This document shows positions 37,229 to 46,364 of a stretch of 64,000 nucleotides of DNA, one piece after another. The notes beneath the pieces were generated by a model, which saw only the letters and a program-made list of their open reading frames with translations, had not been told where the DNA came from and did not search any database. A program made the translations under genes and the position numbers. This DNA is from Candidatus Coatesbacteria bacterium. GTDB lineage: Bacteria; RBG-13-66-14; B26-G2; JAUVZD01. The first letter of the stretch is position 1. Each line of letters starts with the position of its first letter. The stretch spans positions 270,213 through 334,212 of the forward strand of contig JAUVZD010000001.1 in NCBI GenBank assembly GCA_030602715.1, read 5' to 3'.

Positions 37229-37819
37229 ATGGGCACTCACAGATACTCCTGGATAGTAAAACTCTCGCTAGTAGTACTTATCGCAACGCTCACCTTCTGG
37301 GTGGGGGCATCGTTCAGCAAAGACGACGGACAAATATCCGACAAGACCAAGACCCGCATTCAGGAATTGCTGGAGGAGGGAAATCGTTTTGTCTTGGAGG
37401 GGGAATACCGTAAAGCGGAGGAGAAGTTCAAGAAGATTTTAGAGATAGACCCCGACAATCCCATGGCTCACAACAATCTGGGATTGATGTATAAGGAGAA
37501 GGAACTTTACCACTCCGCCAAGGCGGAGTTTGAGCTGGCACTTGAGGTAATGCCAAACTATTATAAAGCGCTGAACAACCTGGGCAACACCTATTTCGCC
37601 ATGGGACGCTACGGTTCAGCAAGGGATGCCTACCTCAAAGCCCTGGAGGTAAAACCCGATTTCTCCGAGGCTCACTGGAACCTTGCCCTCACCTACGAAA
37701 AGCTGGACAACAATCTTCTGGCATTGAAGGAGTGGCGCAGTTTCATCGCCAACAGCGACGGTTCAGCCAATGTTTCTCTGGCAAAAGACCACATTGATAG
37801 AATACTTGAGGAGATGTAG
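37229..37819 (+). CDS. Membrane-anchored TPR-repeat protein
   Basis: N-terminal anchor LSLVVLIATLTFWVGA; three to four canonical TPRs (AHNNLGLMYKEKELYHSAKAEFELALEV, YKALNNLGNTYFAMGRYGSARDAYLKALEV). Confidence 0.8.
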   Translation: MGTHRYSWIVKLSLVVLIATLTFWVGASFSKDDGQISDKTKTRIQELLEEGNRFVLEGEYRKAEEKFKKILEIDPDNPMAHNNLGLMYKEKELYHSAKAEFELALEVMPNYYKALNNLGNTYFAMGRYGSARDAYLKALEVKPDFSEAHWNLALTYEKLDNNLLALKEWRSFIANSDGSANVSLAKDHIDRILEEM

Positions 37820-39067
37820 ATGCGCCGTTCTCTCATCACAACCGCCCTCCTGCTCCTCTCCCTGACCGCAGTAAGTGCGGGTCAGACTATTGACACCATG
37901 GATGTCCTCTCCACAGCCGAGGAAGTGGTTGGATATGAGAAAATCTCCGACAGGTCTCCACGAGATGTCTTCGCCACCGCCGATGACGTGGCGGTCTTCT
38001 ATAGCAACCCAGATGCGGTCATGGATACTATCGGCGTCTATGAGGATTTCATATACCGGAAATATGGTGTTGTTTCTGGAGATGAGGTAATCTACTCCCT
38101 GGGCGAGAAGGATGACCTTATGGAGGTCTATATCGCAGAGCTGAAAAACGCCGAGTCAGAGGAGCACCGCTGTGTCATCCTCACATATCACCGTTTTGAG
38201 CCCTTCCCCCGAAACGCCTACGAGGTCTCCCCGGCGGTCTTTGACCAGCAGATGGCATACATCGCCGAGAACGGCTACACAGTAATATCATTGGACCAAC
38301 TCCTGGAGGCAATCTATCTTCAGGACCCTGACCTGCTACCGGAAAATTCGGTGGTCATCACCGTGGACGACGGCTTCCGTTGTTTCCTGACCCGGGCGGT
38401 GCCCATCCTTCAAAAATACGGCTTCACCGCCACCCTCTTCGTCTATACCGCATACGTCAATGCCGGTGGTCGCTCCCTCACCTGGGACGAACTGCGCCTG
38501 GTAGAGAGTATGGGCTTCTCCGTTGAGTGCCACTCCTATACCCATCCCAACTTCAACAACTTTAAAAAATACGGCTCCATCAAAGGCTCCTACAACCAGT
38601 TCGCCTACCACGAACTGCTGGACTCAAAGAAGTTGATTGAGAAGAACCTGGAGAAAGAGGTCAAGTTCTTCTGCTGGCCCTATGGGGAGTTAAACGACTA
38701 CGCCATGCACCTGGCAATCAAGTGCGGTTATGAGAGCACGGTGACGGTCAAGGGGGGAGCAGTGGGGCTCAAATCCAACCCCCTATACCTCAATCGCTTC
38801 GGTGTCTATTCCAAGACTACTATGGAGACCTTTAAAAAGCGCCTGGAGGGAAAGATAGTCTATCAGTATGAAGAGGACAAAGGAACCTACTTCAGTGATA
38901 AATATTACGGCATCACCACCCACTTCTACAAGTTCCCCGAAGAGCTACCACCAGCGGCGGACATAGACGCCTTGTGGGACGCCATCTTTGAGGAGGAAGA
39001 GATTGACCTATCGCCTGCGGAAGGGGAGGTGCCGCCGGGTTTTGAGGGTGAACTCATCCTTGAATAA
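37820..39067 (+). CDS. Secreted polysaccharide deacetylase (CE4/NodB-homology) family protein
   Basis: Signal peptide; VVITVDDGF (NodB motif 1), ECHSYTHPN (His-His metal motif), FFCWPYGE. Confidence 0.8.
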   Translation: MRRSLITTALLLLSLTAVSAGQTIDTMDVLSTAEEVVGYEKISDRSPRDVFATADDVAVFYSNPDAVMDTIGVYEDFIYRKYGVVSGDEVIYSLGEKDDLMEVYIAELKNAESEEHRCVILTYHRFEPFPRNAYEVSPAVFDQQMAYIAENGYTVISLDQLLEAIYLQDPDLLPENSVVITVDDGFRCFLTRAVPILQKYGFTATLFVYTAYVNAGGRSLTWDELRLVESMGFSVECHSYTHPNFNNFKKYGSIKGSYNQFAYHELLDSKKLIEKNLEKEVKFFCWPYGELNDYAMHLAIKCGYESTVTVKGGAVGLKSNPLYLNRFGVYSKTTMETFKKRLEGKIVYQYEEDKGTYFSDKYYGITTHFYKFPEELPPAADIDALWDAIFEEEEIDLSPAEGEVPPGFEGELILE

Positions 39068-39094
39068 AAAGTGAGAATAGAATCCTCACAGCAA

Positions 39095-39131
39095 AAAAGC
39101 CGGCGCCCCGAACTTCCGGGGCGCCTTGTTG
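39095..39131. terminator. Bidirectional rho-independent terminator between convergent operons
   Basis: aaaaaagcc-GGCGCCCCG-aacttc-CGGGGCGCC-ttgttgtat: A-tract, perfect 9-bp GC stem, T-rich tail. Confidence 0.65.
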
Positions 39132-39155
39132 TATAAATTCAATGACCTCTCTTGC

Positions 39156-39806
39156 TTACTCCTCTTCCTTCTTCTCCGTCTTCTTGAAGGGCTCATAAAC
39201 ACCGCCTTCCCTCGGCGGCTGCAACATGTGCTTCAACATGGTATTGCCGGCGCGGATATCCTGGATAACGCTCAGGATTTCCCGCTGAAAGGTCTCCTCA
39301 AAGATCAGGAACCTGCCCAGCTGGATATCATCCAGCACCTCCCCCATTGAAACGAATATATCAGCTTCCTGCCCCACCAGACTGGCTTTGGTCGCCAGAA
39401 GCTCCTCCGTCTTGTCCTTCACTTCATCCACATCCGGTTCGGCGTTGTTCAATAAGTCCAGCAACTCCCTTATCGTACCCTCCCGCTCAATGAAATGCTC
39501 CTGGCGTACATCCTCCAATTGTCTGTATAATGGGAAGAATGTGGTTGACTGCTCCACGGAGAGCCCCAGCACTTCTGTCATACGCCAGATCTTTATCGCC
39601 TCCAGCCGCTCCTCGGCATCCCTGACCTTCTCCTCAAATTCCGCCCCAAATCCAAGGTCATAGGCGCCCTCTGAAGCGCCCCAATAGCCCCAGTAAAACT
39701 CCTGGATGAAGGTGTCCTCCTGGGCAAATCCCACGGAGGCGATTAAGACCATAAAGGAAAGGGTGAGGAATGCAACCACAATCCGAGGGCGATTATCCAT
39801 AGCCAA
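39156..39806 (-). CDS. Periplasmic CpxP/Spy-like (LTXXQ-motif) protein, tentative
   Basis: Signal peptide; helical and acidic; LSVEQSTTFFPLYRQLEDVRQ resembles the LTXXQ motif. Last gene of the ECF sigma/anti-sigma operon. Confidence 0.45.
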   Translation of the reverse strand: MAMDNRPRIVVAFLTLSFMVLIASVGFAQEDTFIQEFYWGYWGASEGAYDLGFGAEFEEKVRDAEERLEAIKIWRMTEVLGLSVEQSTTFFPLYRQLEDVRQEHFIEREGTIRELLDLLNNAEPDVDEVKDKTEELLATKASLVGQEADIFVSMGEVLDDIQLGRFLIFEETFQREILSVIQDIRAGNTMLKHMLQPPREGGVYEPFKKTEKKEEE

Positions 39807-39886
39807 CCTCCTGGAATTCCCGTTGTAAATCTACACAAATCAGGTACAATCTATGGGAAGAATAAAAGCTGGAATTTAATTTTTGC

Positions 39887-40978
39887 CTACTCTCCCAAAA
39901 TGGCAAATACTTTGGTTCTCTCCTCATGGCTCAGGCTGCCTATCACCACATATATTGACGAACCATTCCTTCTGTTGGTGAACTCCTCCAGGAGCACGTT
40001 CTCCAGATAGACCGCATCCTCAGGGGAGATTGATGAGGAGAAGGTAACATAGGTCCCTTCACCGCTGATCTCTGTGCCGGAAGTGACCACATAGGGTAAA
40101 CCGCTACGCACCACCATCTCATCAACCACCAAAGGCAACATCGTGCCCGATATCATCCTCGCAGTAACCGGCATAACCGGGTCCTTTACCGCATAAAAAT
40201 CGGTGATATCCCCATCGGATACCCGGAAGAACCCACCGGAAGAGGAGACGCTGTCCATCAGGTCCCTATCAAATGTTATCACGGGGGAGACATCCGTCTC
40301 CGGGACAGCCATCTCTGTGAAGGGAACCTCCTCCCGGGAATAACGCCCAAAAGTATACTCTAGCTCGTCAGAGACAACCCCTTCTGCGGGAGCGTGGTAA
40401 ATATCAGCACCGCTCAATGCCCCAAGGGTTGTAGATACCGCCTCCTTCTCAGCGGTTAAAGTATGCGGCGGCTTAACGTGCACAAGGGTGGGAACCGGCG
40501 CCTCTTCCTCGGTAACCAGGCCGGGAGCCTCCTCCGTCTTGGGCTTTAACCCTTCAAAATCCCTCGTCTCCAGGGATGAAATATCAAGACCCTCAGGCTC
40601 CTGCGTGTAAGAAAGAACATAGGGAAGAATGTAGAAGCCGGCAAGTCCCACCAGGATAATACCGGCTATTGTTGCCGCTGCAAGGAGCGTCCTGGGCTTC
40701 AAGAGGGGCTTCATTGACAGCACCCTGCCGGCACCCCTCCCCTCAGCTTTAGCCCTCTCTCTCACCCGGATGGCTAGAGTGGACATAAACAGCACCCCGG
40801 CGGAAGCGACTTCCATATCGCCCACCATAGAGAGAAGCTCTCTACCCTGCCTCAAGTAATCACGGCAGAGGGGACATTCCCTCAGATGCTCCTGGACCGA
40901 AAGGGGAAGCTCCTCCTCACTGGTGAGGGTCTCGTCTATAAGATACTGTATTTTTTCACACTTCATATCACTCACCAA
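39887..40978 (-). CDS. Membrane-spanning anti-sigma factor with N-terminal zinc-finger motif
   Basis: CEKIQ..(x)..HLRECPLCRDY (H-x3-C-x2-C), single TM (LLAAATIAGIILVGLAGFYIL), periplasmic C-terminal domain; immediately follows and overlaps the ECF sigma gene. Alternative start MKCEKI at 40966. Confidence 0.6.
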   Translation of the reverse strand: MVSDMKCEKIQYLIDETLTSEEELPLSVQEHLRECPLCRDYLRQGRELLSMVGDMEVASAGVLFMSTLAIRVRERAKAEGRGAGRVLSMKPLLKPRTLLAAATIAGIILVGLAGFYILPYVLSYTQEPEGLDISSLETRDFEGLKPKTEEAPGLVTEEEAPVPTLVHVKPPHTLTAEKEAVSTTLGALSGADIYHAPAEGVVSDELEYTFGRYSREEVPFTEMAVPETDVSPVITFDRDLMDSVSSSGGFFRVSDGDITDFYAVKDPVMPVTARMISGTMLPLVVDEMVVRSGLPYVVTSGTEISGEGTYVTFSSSISPEDAVYLENVLLEEFTNRRNGSSIYVVIGSLSHEERTKVFAILGE

Positions 40979-41556
40979 TCTGTTTCACCCAAAGCGGCGA
41001 CCGAGTCGCCCAGAATCTTGCGCAGTTTGCCCAAGGCAAATGCTCCACTGGCCTTCACCGAGCCTTCACTTATCCCCAGAGTTGAAGCGACCTCGGCGAC
41101 GGAGAGCCCGTTAAGATGGCGCATTTGAAACACCTCTCGTTGCCTGCTGGGCAGGGAATCTATCGCCCGGCACAGTCGCTCATACACCTGCCTCGCCACC
41201 GCCCTCCTGAAAGGATTATCTATACTCTGGTGGAAATTGATGACCACTTCCAGGGAGACCTCCTGTTCCCGACGAATCACCTTACGCAATCGATTCTTGG
41301 CGGTGTTGACCGCGATGCGTAGAAGCCAGGTCTTGAAACTGGATAATCCCTTGAAGGTATGGGCTTTGCGGTAAAGTTTGAAGAAGACATCCTCGGTAAC
41401 TTCCTCGGCGGCTTCACGATTGCGCAGGATGGATATCACTGTGGCAAAGACCGCCTCCCTGTACTTTGCTACCAGTGCCTCAAAGGCGGTCTCATCACCA
41501 CCTAAGAACTCCACAAGAAGTCTGTCATCGCCGACCCCGGGCGTGCGCCCCGCCAT
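40972..41556 (-). CDS. ECF-type RNA polymerase sigma-70 family sigma factor
   Basis: Region 2 (FEALVAKYREAVFATVISILRNREAAEEVTEDVFFKLYRKAHTF) and region 4 HTH (QREVFQMRHLNGLSVAEVASTLGISEGSVKA). Confidence 0.9.
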   Translation of the reverse strand: MAGRTPGVGDDRLLVEFLGGDETAFEALVAKYREAVFATVISILRNREAAEEVTEDVFFKLYRKAHTFKGLSSFKTWLLRIAVNTAKNRLRKVIRREQEVSLEVVINFHQSIDNPFRRAVARQVYERLCRAIDSLPSRQREVFQMRHLNGLSVAEVASTLGISEGSVKASGAFALGKLRKILGDSVAALGETDW

Positions 41557-41652
41557 GAGGCCATCCTCTCGTTTAATTAGACCAAACTGCTATAGTCGGG
41601 GTTTAATCCCCCTACCCAAAAGAACCGCCTTGCTCTATCCCTGCCTTGACCG

Positions 41653-41994
41653 CTATCCCTGGTCCCCTTCTTCCCTTTCTTTGGACATTTTTACCTTCTC
41701 AATCTCTTCTTCGGTATCTTTTATCTCCTTCTCCAGAGCCTTCACCTCGTCAAGCAGGCGAGACACCTCCGGGTCGGCTAAAACCCCCTTCTTTTTCCTG
41801 CTGACCAGGTCATATATCCGCCCACCCAACTCAAAGAAGTTATCGTGAATCTTGCGATGAACTCCAATTATGCGGATGCGCAATCTGGCAATCTGGGTCA
41901 GTTCTCCGGTCTTCTCCAGAAGGGTGGAGATGCCCTCCCGGGTAGCTGTATAACCCTCATCCAGCGTCTTGCTAATCCTCTCCCACAGCGTCAT
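41653..41994 (-). CDS. Hypothetical small coiled-coil protein
   Basis: 113 aa, K/E-rich C-terminal helix; no motif recognised; co-directional with flanking genes. Confidence 0.35.
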   Translation of the reverse strand: MTLWERISKTLDEGYTATREGISTLLEKTGELTQIARLRIRIIGVHRKIHDNFFELGGRIYDLVSRKKKGVLADPEVSRLLDEVKALEKEIKDTEEEIEKVKMSKEREEGDQG

Positions 41995-42072
41995 CTGTCC
42001 CCTCCTTGTGTTAAAAAACCAAGTATCCTCATCAAAGCATCAATCCAGAACTGGTGGTATCCTCCGTGTCAC

Positions 42073-42447
42073 CTACTTGCTCTCATCCAGGAGAGTTTTA
42101 ATCTCCCGCACCGCCCGGTTTATGGTACTGCGACATCTCATATGCGGGTCAGCCAGAACCACCAATGTAAGCACGGTATCGTTCAGGGGGATATAACGGC
42201 AGACTAGAGAATAACCCTCCTCAAGACGGATCACCGTCTCCAGGGCTTCCAGGTCAAAAAGCTTCTTACTCACAGTGCGAATATTCTTTAAACTGGGGGA
42301 AAGGACCACAGCGGTGGGCAGAGGTCCAGCCCCGATGCGGTGGGCTACCTCAAATCCCTCAAAATCTATCAACTCGGCAAGCCCCATTCCCTGCTGCACC
42401 AGATTGAGCATAACCCCGTCAAGTTTAGCGATTATACTGGTCTTCAT
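42073..42447 (-). CDS. Roadblock/LC7-like domain protein, tentative
   Basis: 124 aa; size and pattern (GVMLNLVQQGMGLAELIDFEGFEVA .. LTLVVLADPHMRCRSTINRAVREIKTLL) resemble MglB/roadblock fold proteins; by resemblance only. Confidence 0.4.
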   Translation of the reverse strand: MKTSIIAKLDGVMLNLVQQGMGLAELIDFEGFEVAHRIGAGPLPTAVVLSPSLKNIRTVSKKLFDLEALETVIRLEEGYSLVCRYIPLNDTVLTLVVLADPHMRCRSTINRAVREIKTLLDESK

Positions 42448-42550
42448 AGCCAGAAAGGTCCCCCTGAAAGATACCCACGCCCTCCATCTTATTCATCTCC
42501 CGACCCGAGGCGAAATCCTCAGCCCTCAGGGAGGCACGGGAAAACTTTTT

Positions 42551-43621
42551 TTACTGAAGGATTGAGTAGATATCGTCCTCGCTTTTCTTAAAATGCATAT
42601 AACCCGTATCTTCCAAAGGGCGCCGACTTCCAGCATGTATCAGGGAAAGCCCCCTATCCTCCTCCACAACCCTGCCGATTACGGAAAAATGCAGGTCGGC
42701 GGGGAGGCGTATGTCCTCTATCTTGGCATCAGGCTTCAAGGTAACCAGAAGCTCAAAGTCCTCGCCGGCACCAAGGGCTACCCGCAGGGGCTCAACACCC
42801 AGAAAATCGGCGGCGGTTTTTGCACCCTCACACAAAGGTAACGACTCCTGCTCAATCTCCACACCGACACCGCTCGCCCTGCACAGATGATAGAGTTGAG
42901 TGGAGAGGCTGTCGCTGGTATCCGCCATTGAGGTCACCAGTCCGGTCTGTGCCAGTCGGCGGGCTTCTTCCAACCTCGGTTTGGGGTGCAGATGACGCTC
43001 CACAGACGATTCAAAGGAGAGCCCACCCTGCACTCCCTCCAACCTCCCCCGCAGATAAGCCAGCCCACTCCAGGAAGCCCCCAGACCGCCGGTGAGGGCG
43101 ATAATGTCGCCGGGGTTAGCCCCCTTGCGCCGACAGAGTTGCTTGCTCTCCACCCGACCGCGGATGAAGGCGGTGAGAACCATTGTGCCTTCGGTGGCAA
43201 CAGTGTCCCCGCCCACCAGGCTGATGTTCAGTTCCCCACAAGCCTCACCTATCCCCCCGGCAATTCCGGCAATTACCTCCCTTTCTGTATTTTTAGGAAC
43301 CGCCCAGGAGACCAGCGCATAATCGGGTGTGCCAGCCATAGCGGCAATATCGCTGGCGCAGGCGTATATCAGCTTTATTCCCACATCCCCGGGGGAGAAT
43401 ATGTCCCAACTGAAGTGAATCCCTTCAACCAGAGTATCGTCGGTGGCAAGTTCCACCATACCATCGGCATCCGGCGGTCCTGCCCAGGCATCATCCCCGG
43501 GCCAGAGGGGACCCGAAGCGTTATCGGGATAGATTCTTTCGGCTATCTGCCGAATTATCCCCAGCTCATTCAGCGATTCGGCTGAGGATGAGCGCTCTTT
43601 TTTCCCCTTTTCCATAGGCAA
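42551..43621 (-). CDS. thiL: Thiamine-monophosphate kinase (AIR synthase-related family)
   Basis: DDTLVEGIHF, IYACASDIAAMAGTP, GGDTVATEG, ALTGGLGAS are ThiL/PurM-superfamily motifs. Confidence 0.8.
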   Translation of the reverse strand: MPMEKGKKERSSSAESLNELGIIRQIAERIYPDNASGPLWPGDDAWAGPPDADGMVELATDDTLVEGIHFSWDIFSPGDVGIKLIYACASDIAAMAGTPDYALVSWAVPKNTEREVIAGIAGGIGEACGELNISLVGGDTVATEGTMVLTAFIRGRVESKQLCRRKGANPGDIIALTGGLGASWSGLAYLRGRLEGVQGGLSFESSVERHLHPKPRLEEARRLAQTGLVTSMADTSDSLSTQLYHLCRASGVGVEIEQESLPLCEGAKTAADFLGVEPLRVALGAGEDFELLVTLKPDAKIEDIRLPADLHFSVIGRVVEEDRGLSLIHAGSRRPLEDTGYMHFKKSEDDIYSILQ

Positions 43622-43673
43622 TTATATTTCAAGCCTGCAGTTTTTACAAGCGCTTAATTGCATAAGAGCTGAC

Positions 43674-44753
43674 CTACAGGAAAAAGAAGGCTACCGCTAA
43701 AACCAGATACAGCCCCAGCAGTTGGAGTCCCTCAAGCCAGTTGGAACGACCGTCGTTGGACATAAGCACCGTGCTTACCACGGCAAAAGCGATGGCTACC
43801 AGCTCCAGAGGTTCAAAGACCAAATCCATGGGACTGCCCAGAGCGAGACTGATGAGCACTAAAAATGGCGCCACCAAGAGGGCAATCTGCTGTGCGGAGG
43901 AGGAGCAGATGGCAAAGGACAGGTCCATATTGTTCTTATAGGCGAAAAGGACCGCGCTGGAGTGTTCTGCGGCGTTGGCGATGATAGCCACTATCACCAC
44001 CCCCATAAATATCTCCCCCCAACCAAGGGCTACGATGGTCGGCTCTATTGCCCCCACCAACACCTCGGCGGCGAAAAACAGCCCCACACCGCTGAATATC
44101 AAGGTGAGCACAGAGCGAGGCAGACTCCAGCCGAAAGGAGATTCGTGCTTGGGGGTCATCCTCTCCTCCACCCCAATCTTTTTGAGGAGGAAGTGATGGC
44201 GATGGGTGCGGAAGATAAACAGGAGGCTTGCCAGATATATGATGATAAGCACGATGGAGATGACTATGCTCATCTCCATCAGGTCAACTTTGAGGTGGGC
44301 TGAGGAGACGGTCATGAAGAAAATGGAGGGGATGACCAGCGCCGCCACCGCCAGAGCCATCATATTACTGTTCATGGATGCCATCTTAATACTGAAATGC
44401 TGGACTTTATGGGAGATTCCCCCCACCAGGGCGGACAATCCCCAAACCAGAAGCAGGTTGCCTATGATGGAGCCGGTGATGGATGCTTTTACCACCACGG
44501 AAAGCCCCGCCTTCAGCCCCACTATCCCCACGATGATCTCCGCTCCGTTGCCCATGGTGGCGTTCAGGAGACCGCCGGAGACCGGACCGATTCGGCTGGA
44601 GAGCTCCTCGGTTGACCAGCCAAGCATTATCGCCAGAAGGACAATCCCCACCGCGGAGACGACAAACTCCACAAGCGGATTGATGGATGCAAACATCAAG
44701 ACCGCTGAAAACAGGGTAAAGACTACGCATATGATTATGACCACCCGTACCAT
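43674..44753 (-). CDS. Ca2+/H+ antiporter (CaCA family)
   Basis: Two alpha-repeat signatures (GNGAEIIVGIVG..; GIAIPSS.. NAAEHSSAVLFAYK), about 11 TM helices. Start set to ATG 44753 (MVRVVIII), 4 nt after the galT stop; the ORF-track extension overlaps galT. Confidence 0.8.
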   Translation of the reverse strand: MVRVVIIICVVFTLFSAVLMFASINPLVEFVVSAVGIVLLAIMLGWSTEELSSRIGPVSGGLLNATMGNGAEIIVGIVGLKAGLSVVVKASITGSIIGNLLLVWGLSALVGGISHKVQHFSIKMASMNSNMMALAVAALVIPSIFFMTVSSAHLKVDLMEMSIVISIVLIIIYLASLLFIFRTHRHHFLLKKIGVEERMTPKHESPFGWSLPRSVLTLIFSGVGLFFAAEVLVGAIEPTIVALGWGEIFMGVVIVAIIANAAEHSSAVLFAYKNNMDLSFAICSSSAQQIALLVAPFLVLISLALGSPMDLVFEPLELVAIAFAVVSTVLMSNDGRSNWLEGLQLLGLYLVLAVAFFFL

Positions 44754-44757
44754 AGTC

Positions 44758-45780
44758 TCACTCACCCATAAGAAACTCCCGCACCCTCTCCGGAGGGGTG
44801 GGGTTGATGTAAAAGCCGGTGCCCCACTCAAAGCCCGCCACCCGGGTAAGGCGGGGGAATATCTCAAAATGCCAGTGGTAGTCCACCTCTATGGTAGTCC
44901 AATAGCCGGAGCGGGGGGTGCGCAAGGGGGCGGTGTGCAGGAGCATGTTGTAGTCCGGATTTTCCAGATTTTCCCGCAACTTTATCAATATCATTTTGAG
45001 AATCTTAGAGAGGGAGGTCAACTCCTGCGGGCTAATTTTATGGTAATCGGATTGATGCTTCTTGGGAATAACCCACATCTCAAAGGGGAAGCGAGAGGCG
45101 AAGGGGGCGATGACCGCAAAATGCTCATCATCCATCACCAGACGCTCCCCGGCTTTCATCTCCTGCTTCAGGTAGTCGCAGAAGATACAGCGCTCCTTCT
45201 CCTGATAATACTTCTTGGAGCTTTGGAGCTCCTCCTTCACCGTGATGGGGGTAACCGGGGTGGCTATCAGCTGGGAGTGGGCATGGGGCAGGCTGGCTCC
45301 GGCCCGAATCCCCTGATTCTTGAATACCATTGCGTAGCGCAGGCGGTCATCTCTGTCCAGTTCTATAATCCGCTCCCTGAAAGCCCCCAGAACAAGCTCA
45401 ATATGCTCCTCCGGTAGGTCCGATAACCTCTGGTCATGACGGGGGGTCTCCACGATCACCTCGTGCGCTCCCACTCCCTCAGCCATGTCGCACATCCCTA
45501 TCCCCCGCCGGGCGACATCCCCTTCAATGCGCAGGACGGGATACTTGTTGGGAATTACTCGCACCAGCCAGCCGGGCCCGTTCGCCTTTCCCCCACCGGG
45601 ACGGACCGCATATATCTCCGGCGGGGTCATATGCTCGTTTCCCTCGCAGAAGGGACAGCCCTCGCTCTTTGTATCCGACGGCGTTTCAGCGCTACTTTTG
45701 AAATGGTGCGGTCTAGCATCCCTTTCGGTGGCAATTATCACCCAACGGGAAACTATGGGGTCCTTTCGCAACTCGGACAT
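44758..45780 (-). CDS. galT: Galactose-1-phosphate uridylyltransferase
   Basis: CPFCEGNE zinc knuckle, HEVIVETPRH, LPHAHSQL (HxH active site), FEMWVIPKKH. Confidence 0.9.
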   Translation of the reverse strand: MSELRKDPIVSRWVIIATERDARPHHFKSSAETPSDTKSEGCPFCEGNEHMTPPEIYAVRPGGGKANGPGWLVRVIPNKYPVLRIEGDVARRGIGMCDMAEGVGAHEVIVETPRHDQRLSDLPEEHIELVLGAFRERIIELDRDDRLRYAMVFKNQGIRAGASLPHAHSQLIATPVTPITVKEELQSSKKYYQEKERCIFCDYLKQEMKAGERLVMDDEHFAVIAPFASRFPFEMWVIPKKHQSDYHKISPQELTSLSKILKMILIKLRENLENPDYNMLLHTAPLRTPRSGYWTTIEVDYHWHFEIFPRLTRVAGFEWGTGFYINPTPPERVREFLMGE

Positions 45781-45809
45781 CGTTCCTCCTGCACTCTATC
45801 AGTAAAGGT

Positions 45810-46364
45810 TCATATCTTGAGGGAGATGTATTCTGCGGGAATATACTGGCAGAGATAATCCCTCTCGCTTCTGAAAAACTTCACCCCAGCCTGGTGAGCT
45901 CTCTTTGCGGAGACTGCGATAATTACCGGGCTGGGGGAGACCTTTCCTCCCTGATACCAGGCTTCGTCAACGGTCTCAGCCAGGAAGATGAAGCGCCTTC
46001 CCAGGGGCTTCAGCCCATATTTGGTGACCGAGGAGACCATAAGCTGAGGCAGACCGTGATAGAGGATTTCAGGGGGGATGACCTCCTCCGGTTCGGGGCG
46101 AATCATATATCGGTGACCGCTCACCGCCTTGACCCGCTCCTGCCACCGCTCAAAATGTGACCCGTCGCCGATAACTTCCTCAATCTGCCGGGGGGTAGCC
46201 CAGTTGGAGACCGTCCTTACCACCAGCTTCAACTGCTCCAAGCTCACAAAGCCCCATTCATCTACCTTAATCCCAAACTGCTCGGGGTCCTCCCGAAGAA
46301 TCCTCAACAGTAAATCTCGCAGTTCCTCCCTCTGCTTGCGGGATGCAAAGAGACTTTCACCCAT
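45810..46364 (-). CDS. kptA: KptA/Tpt1-family RNA 2'-phosphotransferase homologue
   Basis: LLRILREDPEQFGIKVDEWGFVSLEQL and ILYHGLPQLMVSSV..GLKP..RRFIFL align with E. coli KptA ([38 protein letters not shown]..GL); but LRE replaces LRH. Confidence 0.7.
   Translation of the reverse strand: MGESLFASRKQREELRDLLLRILREDPEQFGIKVDEWGFVSLEQLKLVVRTVSNWATPRQIEEVIGDGSHFERWQERVKAVSGHRYMIRPEPEEVIPPEILYHGLPQLMVSSVTKYGLKPLGRRFIFLAETVDEAWYQGGKVSPSPVIIAVSAKRAHQAGVKFFRSERDYLCQYIPAEYISLKI

Noticed and set aside
41557-41652. Canonical ECF autoregulatory promoter upstream of the sigma gene
   Set aside because: A GTCTAA-like -10 is present on the minus strand but no GGAAC-type -35 at the right spacing; not called as a feature.
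44206-45417. 403-aa plus-strand ORF
   Set aside because: Antisense to the Ca2+/H+ antiporter and galT, which carry strong family motifs on the minus strand; no recognisable domain; long spurious ORFs are expected in GC-rich DNA.
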